This document shows positions 41,875-53,000 of a stretch of DNA of 64,000 bases, piece after piece. The first letter of the stretch is position 1. Each line of letters starts with the position of its first letter. A program made the position numbers and the translations under genes. The stretch is from the NCBI GenBank assembly GCA_963702845.1, contig OY969763.1, forward strand, positions 5,600,001-5,664,000, written 5' to 3'. The notes below the pieces were generated by a model. It did not search any database. It was not told the origin of the DNA and worked only from the letters and a program-made list of their open reading frames with translations. This stretch comes from an uncultured Verrucomicrobiae bacterium. Its GTDB lineage: Bacteria; Verrucomicrobiota; Verrucomicrobiia; Limisphaerales; Palsa-1400.

Positions 41875-42134
41875 ACTTCACATCAATCTAAGTAGATTGT
41901 GAATAGACGGAAATGGAAATCGACACGATTAAGAATGCAACCCGCAACAAAAACGCGAACGAAGATCAACTTCGTCCTGTCCGCCAACCTGAAGGTGGAC
42001 ACGGCGAAGATCGCGCTTTCGTGCCCTCCTGTCCTGCGTAGCCTTGGCGAAGCAGGATCGTGCGTTGATGCGGTCGCGGACGTTGGCGTTGCTGTTGTGC
42101 CTGAGGCTCGTGGGGGCCGGAACTTCCGCCAGGA

Positions 42135-42174
42135 AAATATCACTAAATATCACCACCTATCACTAAATATCACC
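42135..42174. repeat. 4x10-bp tandem repeat followed by A-tract
   Basis: AAATATCACT/AAATATCACC/ACCTATCACT/AAATATCACC, then A7 at 42181. Confidence 0.75.
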
Positions 42175-42389
42175 CAAACTAAAAAAATTCAGCGCGTTCG
42201 GTTTGGCCGAATGCAAACGAGCTCACATCTTCCGTATCGTTAATCCGCCCAAGCCACCGTTGCAGAACCGCAACAAAAGTAGAAACATTTCCTTCTACAA
42301 AGTTTCTCCACTTGGCAACTAATTGCCAGAAGTTGAAGGAAGTTGCCGGAAGTAGAAACATTCCCGCGATATTTTTGCAGAGTGTGGAC

Positions 42390-44006
42390 TCAGAATCTAC
42401 TGACCGCGACGGTTCGAAATTGAGTGGTAATGTTTCGGCGGGCCTTGATGCTCGTGACCAAGCTCACCACTGCTCCCATTGCCAACCAACTACCGATGAC
42501 CAGCGCCGGACCTTCATTCCCCATTCGTGGTTCGCAGATGATGAGAAAGAAAGTCAGCAGCCAGCCGGGCGCCAGAATTTGCAGGATGGTTATGATGACG
42601 GCGTAATGGTGCTTGCGCGATTTGATCGCGCGCCACATCGCCAGCCAGGCCAGCCCGGGAAAATCGAACGCCAGCGCGAACATCCCGCCGAAGAAAATCA
42701 TCCCGAACGCCATGAGCGTCTCGTTGCCGGTCGTGTGCAATTGTTTCGAGAAATTGATAACGCAAAACATCATGGCTGCGTTCATGGCACACAGCACAAC
42801 GAGCACTCCGCGAAATTGCCGTTTCAACGCCGCGAATTGGCCTATGAGGATTTCTTTGATCTGGATCGGTGTGACGAGGAGAAGTTCGAGCGCGCCGCTT
42901 TGGCGGTCTTCGGCGAAACGGCGGCTGGCTTCGAGTGCGATGAAGATTTTCGTCGCGAGATGAGCGGCATAGGCGGTGAAAAAAGCGGCACAAAACAAAG
43001 CTTCGTTGCCGGACTTTCGCGTGACGGACAGGAACAGAAAGCCAAGCCAGATCGGCACGAGAATTATCAATGTGGTGCGCACCTGCCGGCGCGTCCGGGA
43101 GTCGTGCATGCACAAGTTGAAGATTGGGTTGGCGTTGTCGAAGCGCGGCCTTGAGCCCGCTGCTCTGCGAAATAGGGATTTGAAACGGGACAGCAAATTC
43201 GGCGTGTTTGCTTCGTTGTGCCATACGCGCGGAAGCAAGAACGTCGCGACGGCGAGGCAAGCCAGGGAAATACCGAGCAAGGTCCACAGAGACGACCAAT
43301 AAGCAGGCAAACCGTAGCGAGTAGTGTAGCCCGATGAGAAGGCTTTGATGTAGGTGTAAACGGGACAGGGCCAGAGCAGAAAATTGAAGGCGTTATCGGA
43401 CGGGATTCCGGTTGTTCCTTTTTGGGTAGCGAGCGCGATCAACCACCAAAGCGCCGGCATCAATACGGAGAAAATAAACATCGCGGCAACGGCCGCGGTG
43501 AGGGCGTCCTTGGCCTCGCGGCTGAGAACGGATGCGAGCAGGCCAATGCTCAATGAGAAAAATGCGGCGAAGGCGAAGGCGAGTAAGAGTCGCGCAAATT
43601 CGGAGCCGGTAACGCCGCCGACCAGAATCGGTAAAGCAAGCACTGGAAAAACGGCGAGTAGTCCGAAGAGAGCGTTGAGGGATGAGCCGGCGAGTTTACC
43701 GAACAGCACATCGTAAGGTTTTAAATCGGTGAGGAAGAGCAGGCCGATGGTGCCGTCGCGTTTTTCGGAGGAGATGCAATCGGCGGTTAAAAACAAACCG
43801 GAGATGATGGTGAAGGCCAGGGCCAGCATACCACAGGCATTGAGCAGACGTTGGCCGATGACGTGTTGAGAGACGTTGCCGCTTACTATGAGAACGAGGG
43901 TGAACATCGCGACCATCACCGCCGCCGCACCGGCGCGTGTGCGGTAGGTGGACGGTTGGCGCGCTTTAACGATCAGCTCTCTGGCGACGACAGGGAGAAA
44001 GGTCAT
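42390..44006 (-). CDS. ABC-2-type transporter permease (two permease-like halves)
   Basis: LPVVAREL, ISSEKRDGTIGLLFLT, FAEDRQSGALELLLVTP; many TMs. Confidence 0.85.
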   Translation of the reverse strand: MTFLPVVARELIVKARQPSTYRTRAGAAAVMVAMFTLVLIVSGNVSQHVIGQRLLNACGMLALAFTIISGLFLTADCISSEKRDGTIGLLFLTDLKPYDVLFGKLAGSSLNALFGLLAVFPVLALPILVGGVTGSEFARLLLAFAFAAFFSLSIGLLASVLSREAKDALTAAVAAMFIFSVLMPALWWLIALATQKGTTGIPSDNAFNFLLWPCPVYTYIKAFSSGYTTRYGLPAYWSSLWTLLGISLACLAVATFLLPRVWHNEANTPNLLSRFKSLFRRAAGSRPRFDNANPIFNLCMHDSRTRRQVRTTLIILVPIWLGFLFLSVTRKSGNEALFCAAFFTAYAAHLATKIFIALEASRRFAEDRQSGALELLLVTPIQIKEILIGQFAALKRQFRGVLVVLCAMNAAMMFCVINFSKQLHTTGNETLMAFGMIFFGGMFALAFDFPGLAWLAMWRAIKSRKHHYAVIITILQILAPGWLLTFFLIICEPRMGNEGPALVIGSWLAMGAVVSLVTSIKARRNITTQFRTVAVSRF

Positions 44007-44071
44007 TTGCTGTCGCTTAATGTCTCAACTGTAAAATGAATGGGAAGGGTGAAGTTTGCGGGGAACTTCTG

Positions 44072-44167
44072 CGGAGTGCGGACTGTCCGCACTCCGATGG
44101 AGAAAGGCGGACGACGCAGCGCGTCGTCCCTACCGCGAAGCGGCGCTCGCGGAGCGATCGCCCTACC
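44072..44167. repeat. Three REP-like palindromes downstream of metG
   Basis: CGGAGTGCGGAC-T-GTCCGCACTCCG; GGACGACGC-AGC-GCGTCGTCC-CTACC; GGCGCTCGC..GCGATCGCC-CTACC. Confidence 0.7.
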
Positions 44168-44170
44168 TAC

Positions 44171-45727
44171 CTACGCCGGCTTCTGGTCTTTGCGCGGGAA
44201 TAGCGGGACCGCGTCGTTGACAACGTGGCCGACCGGCAAGGTCTTCGCCAAGTCGGAGAACAGGTGCGTTGGTTGTGCGATGCCGAGTTGTTGTTGAATT
44301 TTTTCCGACGCGCCGGGCAGGACGGGCCAGAGCAGAATCGCGATGACGCGGGCGGCGTCGGCCAAGGTGTACATGACGTTGTCGAGCGCTGCGGCTTTGG
44401 CGGGGTCTTTGGCCATTTTGAATGGCTCTGTCTGTTGAATGTATTGGTTGGCGCGCGTGACCAATGCGTTGATGTGGACCAGGGCGTCTTGCAGGGCGTG
44501 CTTGCGATAGCACTCGATGACGTCGGTTTGGGCTTTGGTGATTTCGGTGGCCAACTCGTTCTTGCCCGCGGGCAAGGCGCCATTGCGATATTTTTTGATC
44601 ATCGTCAGCGAACGGTTGAGCAGGTTGCCGATGCCGTTGGCCAACTCAGCCTGGTAACGCGCCTGGAAACTGGCGTCGGTCCAATTGCCGTCGGGTCCGA
44701 TGTCGAGTTCGCGCACGACGTAATAGCGGAAGGCGTCGAGGCCCCATTCGTCGATGATGGCGATCGGGTCGACGACGTTGCCAGTGGTCTTGCTCATTCT
44801 CGCGCCGTTCTTTTGCCACCAACCGTGCGCGAGGATCTGTTTGGGTAAGGGCAGGCCCAAAGCTTTGAGCATGATGGGCCAATAGACGGCGTGGAATTTA
44901 ACGATGTCTTTGCCGATCAAATGAATATCTGCCGGCCAGAGTTCGGTTTTCGGTGCGGAAGGCGGCGCGGCTTTTAGGACGCTGAGATTGGGATCGCCGA
45001 GTCCGCCGGGGACGGTGATGTAGTTTACAAGGGCGTCGAACCAGACGTAGGTGACGTAGTTAGTGTCGAACGGGACTTGGATACCCCAGGTCAGGCGCTC
45101 TTTTGGGCGGGTGACGCAAAGGTCTTCGAGTTTCTCTTTTTTGAGGAAGCCGAGGACTTCGTTGCGGCGGTAGCTGGGTTGGACGAAGTCGGGGTTGGTC
45201 TCGATGTAGTTGATGAGCCAGTCCTGGTGCGGCGCGAGTTTGAAGTAGTAGTTTTGTTCTTCGAGCTCGATGACTTTGCCGTAGAAGGGATCGAAGGTGC
45301 CGTCCGGCAAGCGGTCTTTCTCAGTGAGAAAGGTTTCCTGGCTCGGCGAATACCAGCCTTTGTAGATCTCTTTGTAGAATTGGCCGTTGTCGAAAAGGTA
45401 TTGGAGGATGGCCTGAACGACAGCTTGATGGCGTTGTTGGGTGGTGCGGATGAAGTCGTCGTTGGAGAGGCCGAGTTTGGTGGCGAGTGCTTCCCAGCTT
45501 TTGGAGAGTTCGTCGCAGTAGGCTTGTGCGGTTTTGCCTTCTTTTTCGGCGGCTTGCTGGACTTTTTGGCCGTGTTCGTCGAGGCCGGTGAGGAAGTAAA
45601 CTTCTTCGCCGAGGGAGCGATGGGCGCGGGCAATCACGTCGGCGATGACTTTTTCATAGGCGTGGCCGAGGTGCGGCTGGCCGTTGACGTAGTCGATCGC
45701 GGTCGTGATGTAGAAGCGTTTGCTCAT
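44171..45727 (-). CDS. metG: Methionine--tRNA ligase
   Basis: FYITTAIDYVNGQPHLGHAY, TGLDEHGQK, YVWFDAL, GKDIVKFH, RMSKT, LFPR. Confidence 0.97.
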   Translation of the reverse strand: MSKRFYITTAIDYVNGQPHLGHAYEKVIADVIARAHRSLGEEVYFLTGLDEHGQKVQQAAEKEGKTAQAYCDELSKSWEALATKLGLSNDDFIRTTQQRHQAVVQAILQYLFDNGQFYKEIYKGWYSPSQETFLTEKDRLPDGTFDPFYGKVIELEEQNYYFKLAPHQDWLINYIETNPDFVQPSYRRNEVLGFLKKEKLEDLCVTRPKERLTWGIQVPFDTNYVTYVWFDALVNYITVPGGLGDPNLSVLKAAPPSAPKTELWPADIHLIGKDIVKFHAVYWPIMLKALGLPLPKQILAHGWWQKNGARMSKTTGNVVDPIAIIDEWGLDAFRYYVVRELDIGPDGNWTDASFQARYQAELANGIGNLLNRSLTMIKKYRNGALPAGKNELATEITKAQTDVIECYRKHALQDALVHINALVTRANQYIQQTEPFKMAKDPAKAAALDNVMYTLADAARVIAILLWPVLPGASEKIQQQLGIAQPTHLFSDLAKTLPVGHVVNDAVPLFPRKDQKPA

Positions 45728-45920
45728 TTGCTGTTGATACTGTGGCGAACGGTGTTGCAGTTGGCAAGGGGGGAGGAGGTCGAAGGGCGAGGGTCGAAAG
45801 TCGAGAGGCTAGCAATCAAACAAAGGCTTGCAGTTTGGGGCGTGATTTGGAGAATACGCGCCGCAACAACCAAAGCGGTGAGCCTGTGTCCGGCCTGCCA
45901 CTGACAATGCAAATGTTTAA

Positions 45921-46691
45921 ATGAAAAACCTGTTATCCCTTCGATCACAATTCGTCCTTATCACAGCCGCTACACTGGCCATCCAAGTTTCAACTCGCGC
46001 TCAAGATCCGACACCGGCTTCGAAAGGGCCGACGTGGCAAAGCAGCGCTGCCGCCGGCTTGACGCTCACGAGCGGTAACAGCGATACGGTGCTGGCGACG
46101 CTCGCCGCAACGACGGGCAAGAAATGGACAAATAATGAAGTAGCGTTCGGCGCGGACGGCGCTTACGGGAACTCTAAGGTAAATGGTGTCGAGTCGAAAA
46201 ACGCGGCGAACATTCACGGGTTCGGCCAATACAATCGGTTGTTTAACGAGCGCCTCTACGCGTATGCGCGCGTGGAAGGGCTGCACGATGATATTGCAAA
46301 AATCCGCTATCGCCTGACGCTCAGCCCCGGTGCTGGTTATTATTTCATCAAAAACAAAACCACGGATCTGTGCGGCGAAGTCGGTCCAGGCTTCGTGGCA
46401 CAACGTCTGGGGGTGGAAACGAAGGATTATTTTACGCTGCGTCTCGGCGAAAAATTTAATCACAAGTTGAGCGACCGCGCGCGCATTTGGCAAACGGCTG
46501 AGTTCCTCCCGCAGGTCGATAACTTGAGCAATTACATCATCAATTTCGAGATCGGTATTGAAGCGGATATCACAAAGGATAAGAAGTTGTCGCTGCGCAG
46601 TTATTTGCAAGATACCTACAACAGCATTCCGGCAGAGGGCCGTAAGAAGAATGACATGAAGCTGGTGACGGGAATCGCCTATAAGTTCTAA
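45921..46691 (+). CDS. DUF481/YdiY-like outer-membrane beta-barrel protein
   Basis: Signal peptide, GLTLTSGNSDT, amphipathic strands, terminal GIAYKF. Confidence 0.85.
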   Translation: MKNLLSLRSQFVLITAATLAIQVSTRAQDPTPASKGPTWQSSAAAGLTLTSGNSDTVLATLAATTGKKWTNNEVAFGADGAYGNSKVNGVESKNAANIHGFGQYNRLFNERLYAYARVEGLHDDIAKIRYRLTLSPGAGYYFIKNKTTDLCGEVGPGFVAQRLGVETKDYFTLRLGEKFNHKLSDRARIWQTAEFLPQVDNLSNYIINFEIGIEADITKDKKLSLRSYLQDTYNSIPAEGRKKNDMKLVTGIAYKF

Positions 46692-46710
46692 ACATTATCA
46701 AGCACTCCTC

Positions 46711-46746
46711 AACCCTCTCTGCTTCGGCAGGGAGGGTTTTTTATTT
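46711..46746 (+). terminator. Intrinsic terminator
   Basis: AACCCTCTCTGC-TTCG-GCAGGGAGGGTT followed by a T-tract. Confidence 0.85.
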
Positions 46747-47067
46747 GTGGATGGCACGCGCGGAGCCGGAACGTCCGGTTCGCCAACGCGCCCTACCTGC
46801 CGCGGCTGAGCTGCCGATGAATGATGGCAAGTTAATTGCTAGATTTTGATTATCAGGTGGATGCGACAGGTCATAAATAATTCTCATGGCATGAATATGG
46901 CTGACTTTAGTCGTTATTTATTTTGCGAACTAACTCGGAGGCTTTTTGCCTCACGCTGCATATTTGACGCATGTTACTGTCAATTAGACAGTTAGGTGCG
47001 ATATGTGGAAGTTTTGTCTTTATAGGTATTTGCAGCCGTGATACAGTCGGCGGCTTTTTAAAATTTT

Positions 47068-50000
47068 ATGGAAAACCAGATGATGGTTATCGGGGAAACT
47101 AATGTGGACATTAACAGGAATGTTACTGTCCAGAAAACGGGCTGCTTAACCTTCGCCGAGCGCGTGCGTGGCAAATTTGCGACGCTGCTGCTCGTGGTGG
47201 TGGCCGTTTTTTCGTCTGCTCAGGTCGTGCATGCCGCCGTGACGTATTCGTTGGACGGGCAGGTCAATGGCAGTTCGACGTGGGGTAACAAACTCAGTGG
47301 CTACAAGGAATTGGACTGTATGCCGTGTCGTGTGGACATGATCGGCGGGCCAGGGACGAATCTTGTGATTACGATTAATTTTCCTCGAGACAATGGGACG
47401 ACGCCGTGCATTCAGGATCTTTATAGCTGGTCGTATTCGTCGAATGTCGTTGTGGTTTCGCCGCCTGCTTTGACGGTCTCAACCGGTAGCATATGGACAT
47501 ATTCATTAACGGTTACGGTAACGAACGGCGCGGAGGCGGACGTGTATTTCTGTGCGAGGTTGGCGGCTGGAGCCCATGGCATTCCGGGCACGTCGGAGAA
47601 AATAACCGGGACGGGCGGGTCGGTGCAGATTGTCAAACCAGGGGCGGGCTCCGGCACGCCGGATTTGTCTATCGTAAAAACCGGACCCTCATTGATTAAC
47701 GCAGGATCATTTGTCACCTATACGCTTACTTGGTCGAACACGACCGCCAGCACTGCCGGTGGTGTTCAAATCACGGACTTTTTGCCAACCAATGCAGTAT
47801 TCGTTAGCTGCAGCGGAGGTTGCACCGGCAACACGAATAACAGCACAATCGTCTGGGACCTAGGGTTGCTCGCAAAGGGAGCGAGCGGCATCGTTTCTTA
47901 TACGATGTTTGTTTCTACCAACACCCTGAACGGAAGTTCCGTGGTGAATACCGCGACAATTCTTACGGCCGACAACGATTCAAATAGCGCGAACAATACT
48001 TCTACGGTCACGAGCACGGTCACGAGCGGCTGCGTGGCCGCGTCTATCGGCGCCCAACCTGTTTCGATTGTTGTATGTCCCGGGACGGCGGCGACCGTCA
48101 GCGTTGGCGCAAACGGGACGACGCCATACGCGTATCAGTGGCAAAAGAACGGAACGAATATTTCGGGAGCAACCGCGAGCGCGTATACGATTGCGTCAGC
48201 GTCGGCTGCGGATGTTGCCTCCTACTCGGTGGTTGTGACGAATGGTTGCGGTTCGGTGACGTCGTCCGCTGCTACGGTGACGCTCTACACGGCCACGACT
48301 GCTTCGGCTTTGACCAACCAGATTGCTTGCCCGAGCAATAGCGTCGCATTCGCCACGACCGCATCGGGTACCGGGCCGTTTACGTATCAGTGGCAGAAAA
48401 ATGGTTCGAACCTCACGACTCAGACCAACAGCAGTATAGCTTTGACGAACGTGTCGGCAGCTGATTCGGCCACGTATAGCGTGCTCGTGACTGGCAATTG
48501 TAATTCAGTGACCAACAGCGCAACGTTGACCGTCAATACACTGGCGAGCTCGGCTGGCTTGACCAGCATTACGAATAATTGTTCGGGGACGACCGCAGCG
48601 TTCACGGAAGTCGTCTCAGGAACGGGACCGTTTACGTATGTGTGGAAGAAGAACGGCGCAGTAGTGAGTGGACAGACGAGCAGTTCGTTTGTGATTCCGG
48701 CGACGGCCACGACGGACTCGGGAACCTACGCCGTTGAGGTGACCGGGTCGTGCAATAGTATTACCAACAGCGCAACGCTCGTGGTCAGCACGGGAACGTT
48801 TGGGACGGCGCTGACCAATTTGGTGCTTTGCCCAGGTAACTCGGCAAGCTTTAGCACGGTTGCATCGGGCGCGGCTCCGTTTTCTTATCAATGGCGAAAG
48901 AACGGCGCCAATATTTCGGGGCAAACCACCAGCGCATATAATATCGGTTCTGTTTCGATCACGGACGCGGGAACGTATTCGGTCGAGATTACCGGCAACT
49001 GCAATAAGATCACAAATAGCGCGACGCTGGCGGTCAACACACTTTTGAGTGGTGGGTCGTTCGGCGGCCAAACGGTGTGTGTCGGCCAGAGCGCGACGTT
49101 CACGACCGTGCCGGCAGGTAGTGCTCCTTTCACTTACGTATGGAAAAAGGACGGGGTCGTCCAGGGCATTACGTCTAATTTGCTTACGGTTGTTTCAGCT
49201 ACGACTGGCGATGCCGGAACGTATACTGTTGAAATCAACGGGCCTTGTAATTCGATTACAAACAGCGGAACTCTCACGGTGAACTCGGCGACGACCGCGT
49301 CGGCGTTGATCAGTCTGACGAATTGTCCCGGACAAAGTGCGACATTCAGCACGGTGGCTTCTGGAACTAGTCCGTTCACGTATGTTTGGAAAAAGGACGG
49401 CGTCGTTCAGAGCAGCACGAGCAGTTCGCTGACTGTGGCGTCTGTTTCGGGTGGTGACGCGGGAACTTACACCGTCGTGGTGATGGGCGCGTGCAATTCA
49501 GTAACGAATAGCGCGATGCTGGCGGTGAACACCGCGACGGCGGCGACTGCTTTGAATGATTTAACGAACTGCGTCGGGCAGAGCGTCGCCTTTACGACAG
49601 CCGCTTCCGGCACTGGACCTTTTACATACGTGTGGAAAAAAGACGGCATTGTGCAGGGCAGCACATCGAACACGTTGAGCGTTGCGTCTATTGCAACGGG
49701 GGATGCCGGATCTTACACGGTAGAGATTACCGGCACGTGCAACAGCGTGACGAACAGCGCGACGTTAATGGTGAACACGCTCACCACCGCAACGGCATTG
49801 ACACCAATTATCACCTGCGAAGGTCAGAGCGCGACTTTCAGCACGACTGGTGCCGGCGCTGGGCCATTGACATACGTGTGGAAGAAAAACGGCGTGAACC
49901 TCGGCAACAGCTCCAGCTCGTTGACGATTGCGTCGACGGCGATCGCGGATTCTGGAACTTACACCGTTGAAGTCACGGGCGTGTGCAATAGTGTGACGAA

Positions 50001-53000
50001 CAGTGCGACGTTAACGGTTAATGCGCTCGCGACTGCGTCGGCTTTGAATAATTTGACAAACTGCGTTGGGCAAAGCGTTGCCTTTTCGACAGTCGCTTCC
50101 GGCACTGGGCTATTTTCATATGTGTGGAAAAAAGATGGCGTCGTCCAGGGGAGCACGTCGAACACGTTGAGCGTTGCGTCTATTGCAATGGCGGATGCTG
50201 GATCTTACACGGTAGAGATTACCGGCACGTGCAACAGCGTGACGAACAGCGCGACATTGACGGTGAATTCGCCGACAACGGCTTCGCTGTTGACGAGCCT
50301 GGTGCTGTGTCCGGGGCAGAGCGCGAGTTTCACAACGACTCCTTCGGGCAGTGGGCCGTTTACTTATGTGTGGAAGAAAGACGGCATCATCCAAAGCAGC
50401 GCTTCGGATACTTTGACGATCGGGTCGGTCGCGAGCGGTGATGCCGGCACATACACGGTGGAAGTGACCGGCACGTGCAACAGCGTGACCAATACCGCGA
50501 CCTTAACGGTGAACGATCCGACGACGGCAACAGTGTTGAATAGTTTGACGATTTGCCCTGGCCAGAGTGCAGCGTTTGGGACGACGGCTTCTGGCACTGG
50601 ACCGTTCACATATGTTTGGAAAAAGGACGGCGTCGTTCAGGCCAGCACGACTAATTTATTGACGATCGCTTCAGCGACGAGCGCGGATGCGGGCAGTTTT
50701 ACAGTCGAGGTCGCCGGCGCGTGTAACAGTGTGACGAACAGCGCGACTTTGACGGTGAACGCTAGCACGGGCGCGACTGGCCTCGTGGATCTGGTGCTTT
50801 GTTCTGGCCAATCCGCCACGTTCAGCACGACGGCTTCCGGCACGGGTCCGTTTAGTTATGTTTGGAAAAAGGACGGCGTTGTGATGGGCACAACAACGAA
50901 CACGTTGACGATTGCTTCAGTTGCGACGGCTGATGGCGGCATTTACACGGTTGAAGTCAGCGGTGCATGCAACACTGTGACGAACAGCGCAACTTTAACA
51001 GTCAACGAATTGACGACAGCGACGCCGTTGATCGACGTGGTAACGTGCGGACAAAGCGCGACATTTAGCACGGTGGTTTCGGGTGCGGGACCGTTTACTT
51101 ACATTTGGAAAAAGAACGGCGTCGTCCAAAGCAGCGCGACGAATTCGTTGACGGTTCCGTCGGTGACGAGCGCGGACGCGGGCACATACACAGTGGAGGT
51201 CAGCGGCAGTTGCAACAGCGTGACCAATAGCGCGATGTTGACTGTCAACGCGGACACGAGCGCGGCGGCTTTGAATAATCAGGTTGTCTGCCCGGGACAA
51301 AGCGCGACGTTCAGCACGGTGGCATCGGGCAGCGGACCGTTCACTTACGTTTGGAAGAAGGATGGCGCAGTGCAAAGCAGCACCTCTAGTTCGCTGACGA
51401 TTGCGTCTGTCGCGAGCGGCGATGCGGGAACATACACCGTTGAGGTGAACGGCGCGTGCAACAGCGCCACCAACAGCGCGACGCTCGCGGTCAACACGCC
51501 CACGAGCACGAGCGTCTTGAGCAGTTTGGTGGTTTGCCCTGGTCAAAGTGCCACGTTCACGACTGTGCCGTCGGGCACCGGTCCGTTTGTATATGTGTGG
51601 AAGAAGGACGGCGTTATCCAAGCGATTACCATGAATGTTGTGACAATTGCATCTGCCGCAGCTGCGGACGGCGGAACGTATACGGTCGAAGTGTCTGGTG
51701 TTTGCAACTCGGTCACTAACAGCGCCACGTTGACGGTGAGCGAAAACACGGTGGCAACAAGCCTCACGGATATCGTCCTTTGCCCAAGTCAGTCGGCAAC
51801 ATTTACGACGACTGTGTCGGGCACTGGACCGTTTGGATATGTCTGGAAGAAGGATGGTGTGGTGTTGGTTGGCGAATCCACAAACACGATCAGCATCGCC
51901 TCGGTGAGTGCAGCGAATGCGGGAAGTTACACGTTGGAAGTCACTGGGGTTTGCAATGCGGTTACGAACACGGCGACTTTGACAGTGAATGAGAATGTGA
52001 GTGCGACAGCGCTCAGCGATGTTGTGGTTTGTGAAAATCAACCGGCAGCATTTACGACGACGGCATCTGGCACAGGTCCGTTTGCTTATGTGTGGAAGAA
52101 GGACGGCAGCGTTCTGCCGGGTCAAACCGATAGCAGCGTCAGCATTGCATCGACTCAGGTAAGTGACGCGGGAATATACACAGTGGAAGTAACTGGCCTT
52201 TGCACGAGCGTGACGAACATTGCGACTTTGACGGTCAATCGCTTAACCACGACTTCTGATTTGACGAGCCTGGTTGTTTGCCCGGGCCAAAGCGCGACCT
52301 TCACGACCGTTGCTTCCGGCGCTGGTCCGTTCAGCTACGTGTGGAGCAAGGATGGTCAAACGATTGCCACTGAAACGGCCGACCACATCACGCTGGACAA
52401 TGTCGCGGCAGCAAACGCGGGCACATACAGCGTCCACGTCACTGGCATCTGCAACAGCGCTGACAAGAGCGCGACGCTGACCGTTAATGAAAACACAGCA
52501 GCAACGAGTTTGACGGATCTCGTTCTGTGTCCCGGTCAGTCGGCAGCATTTACGACGGCTGTGTCCGGTACTGGACCGTTTGGATACGTGTGGAAGAAGG
52601 ATGGGGTGGTGTTGACTGGTGAGACTACAAACACCATCAGCATCGGATCTGTGACGGCGGGCAATGCGGGAGCTTACACGGTTGAAGTCACTGGCGTCTG
52701 CAAGAGCGTGACAAACACGGCGACTTTGACGGTCAATGAAAACGTGAGCGCGACAGCGCTGAGCGATGTGGTGGTTTGTGAAAACCAATTGGCGGCGTTC
52801 TCGACGACGGCGTCGGGGGCTGGTCCGTTGGCTTACGTGTGGAAGAAGGACGGTAGTGTTCTGTCGGGCCAAACCGACAGCAGCATTAGCATTGCGTCGG
52901 CTCAAGTTGCCAACGCCGGGACTTACACAGTGGAAGTCACTGGTCTTTGCACGAGTGTTACGAACAGTGCGACGTTGACAGTGAATCGTCTGACGGCCAC

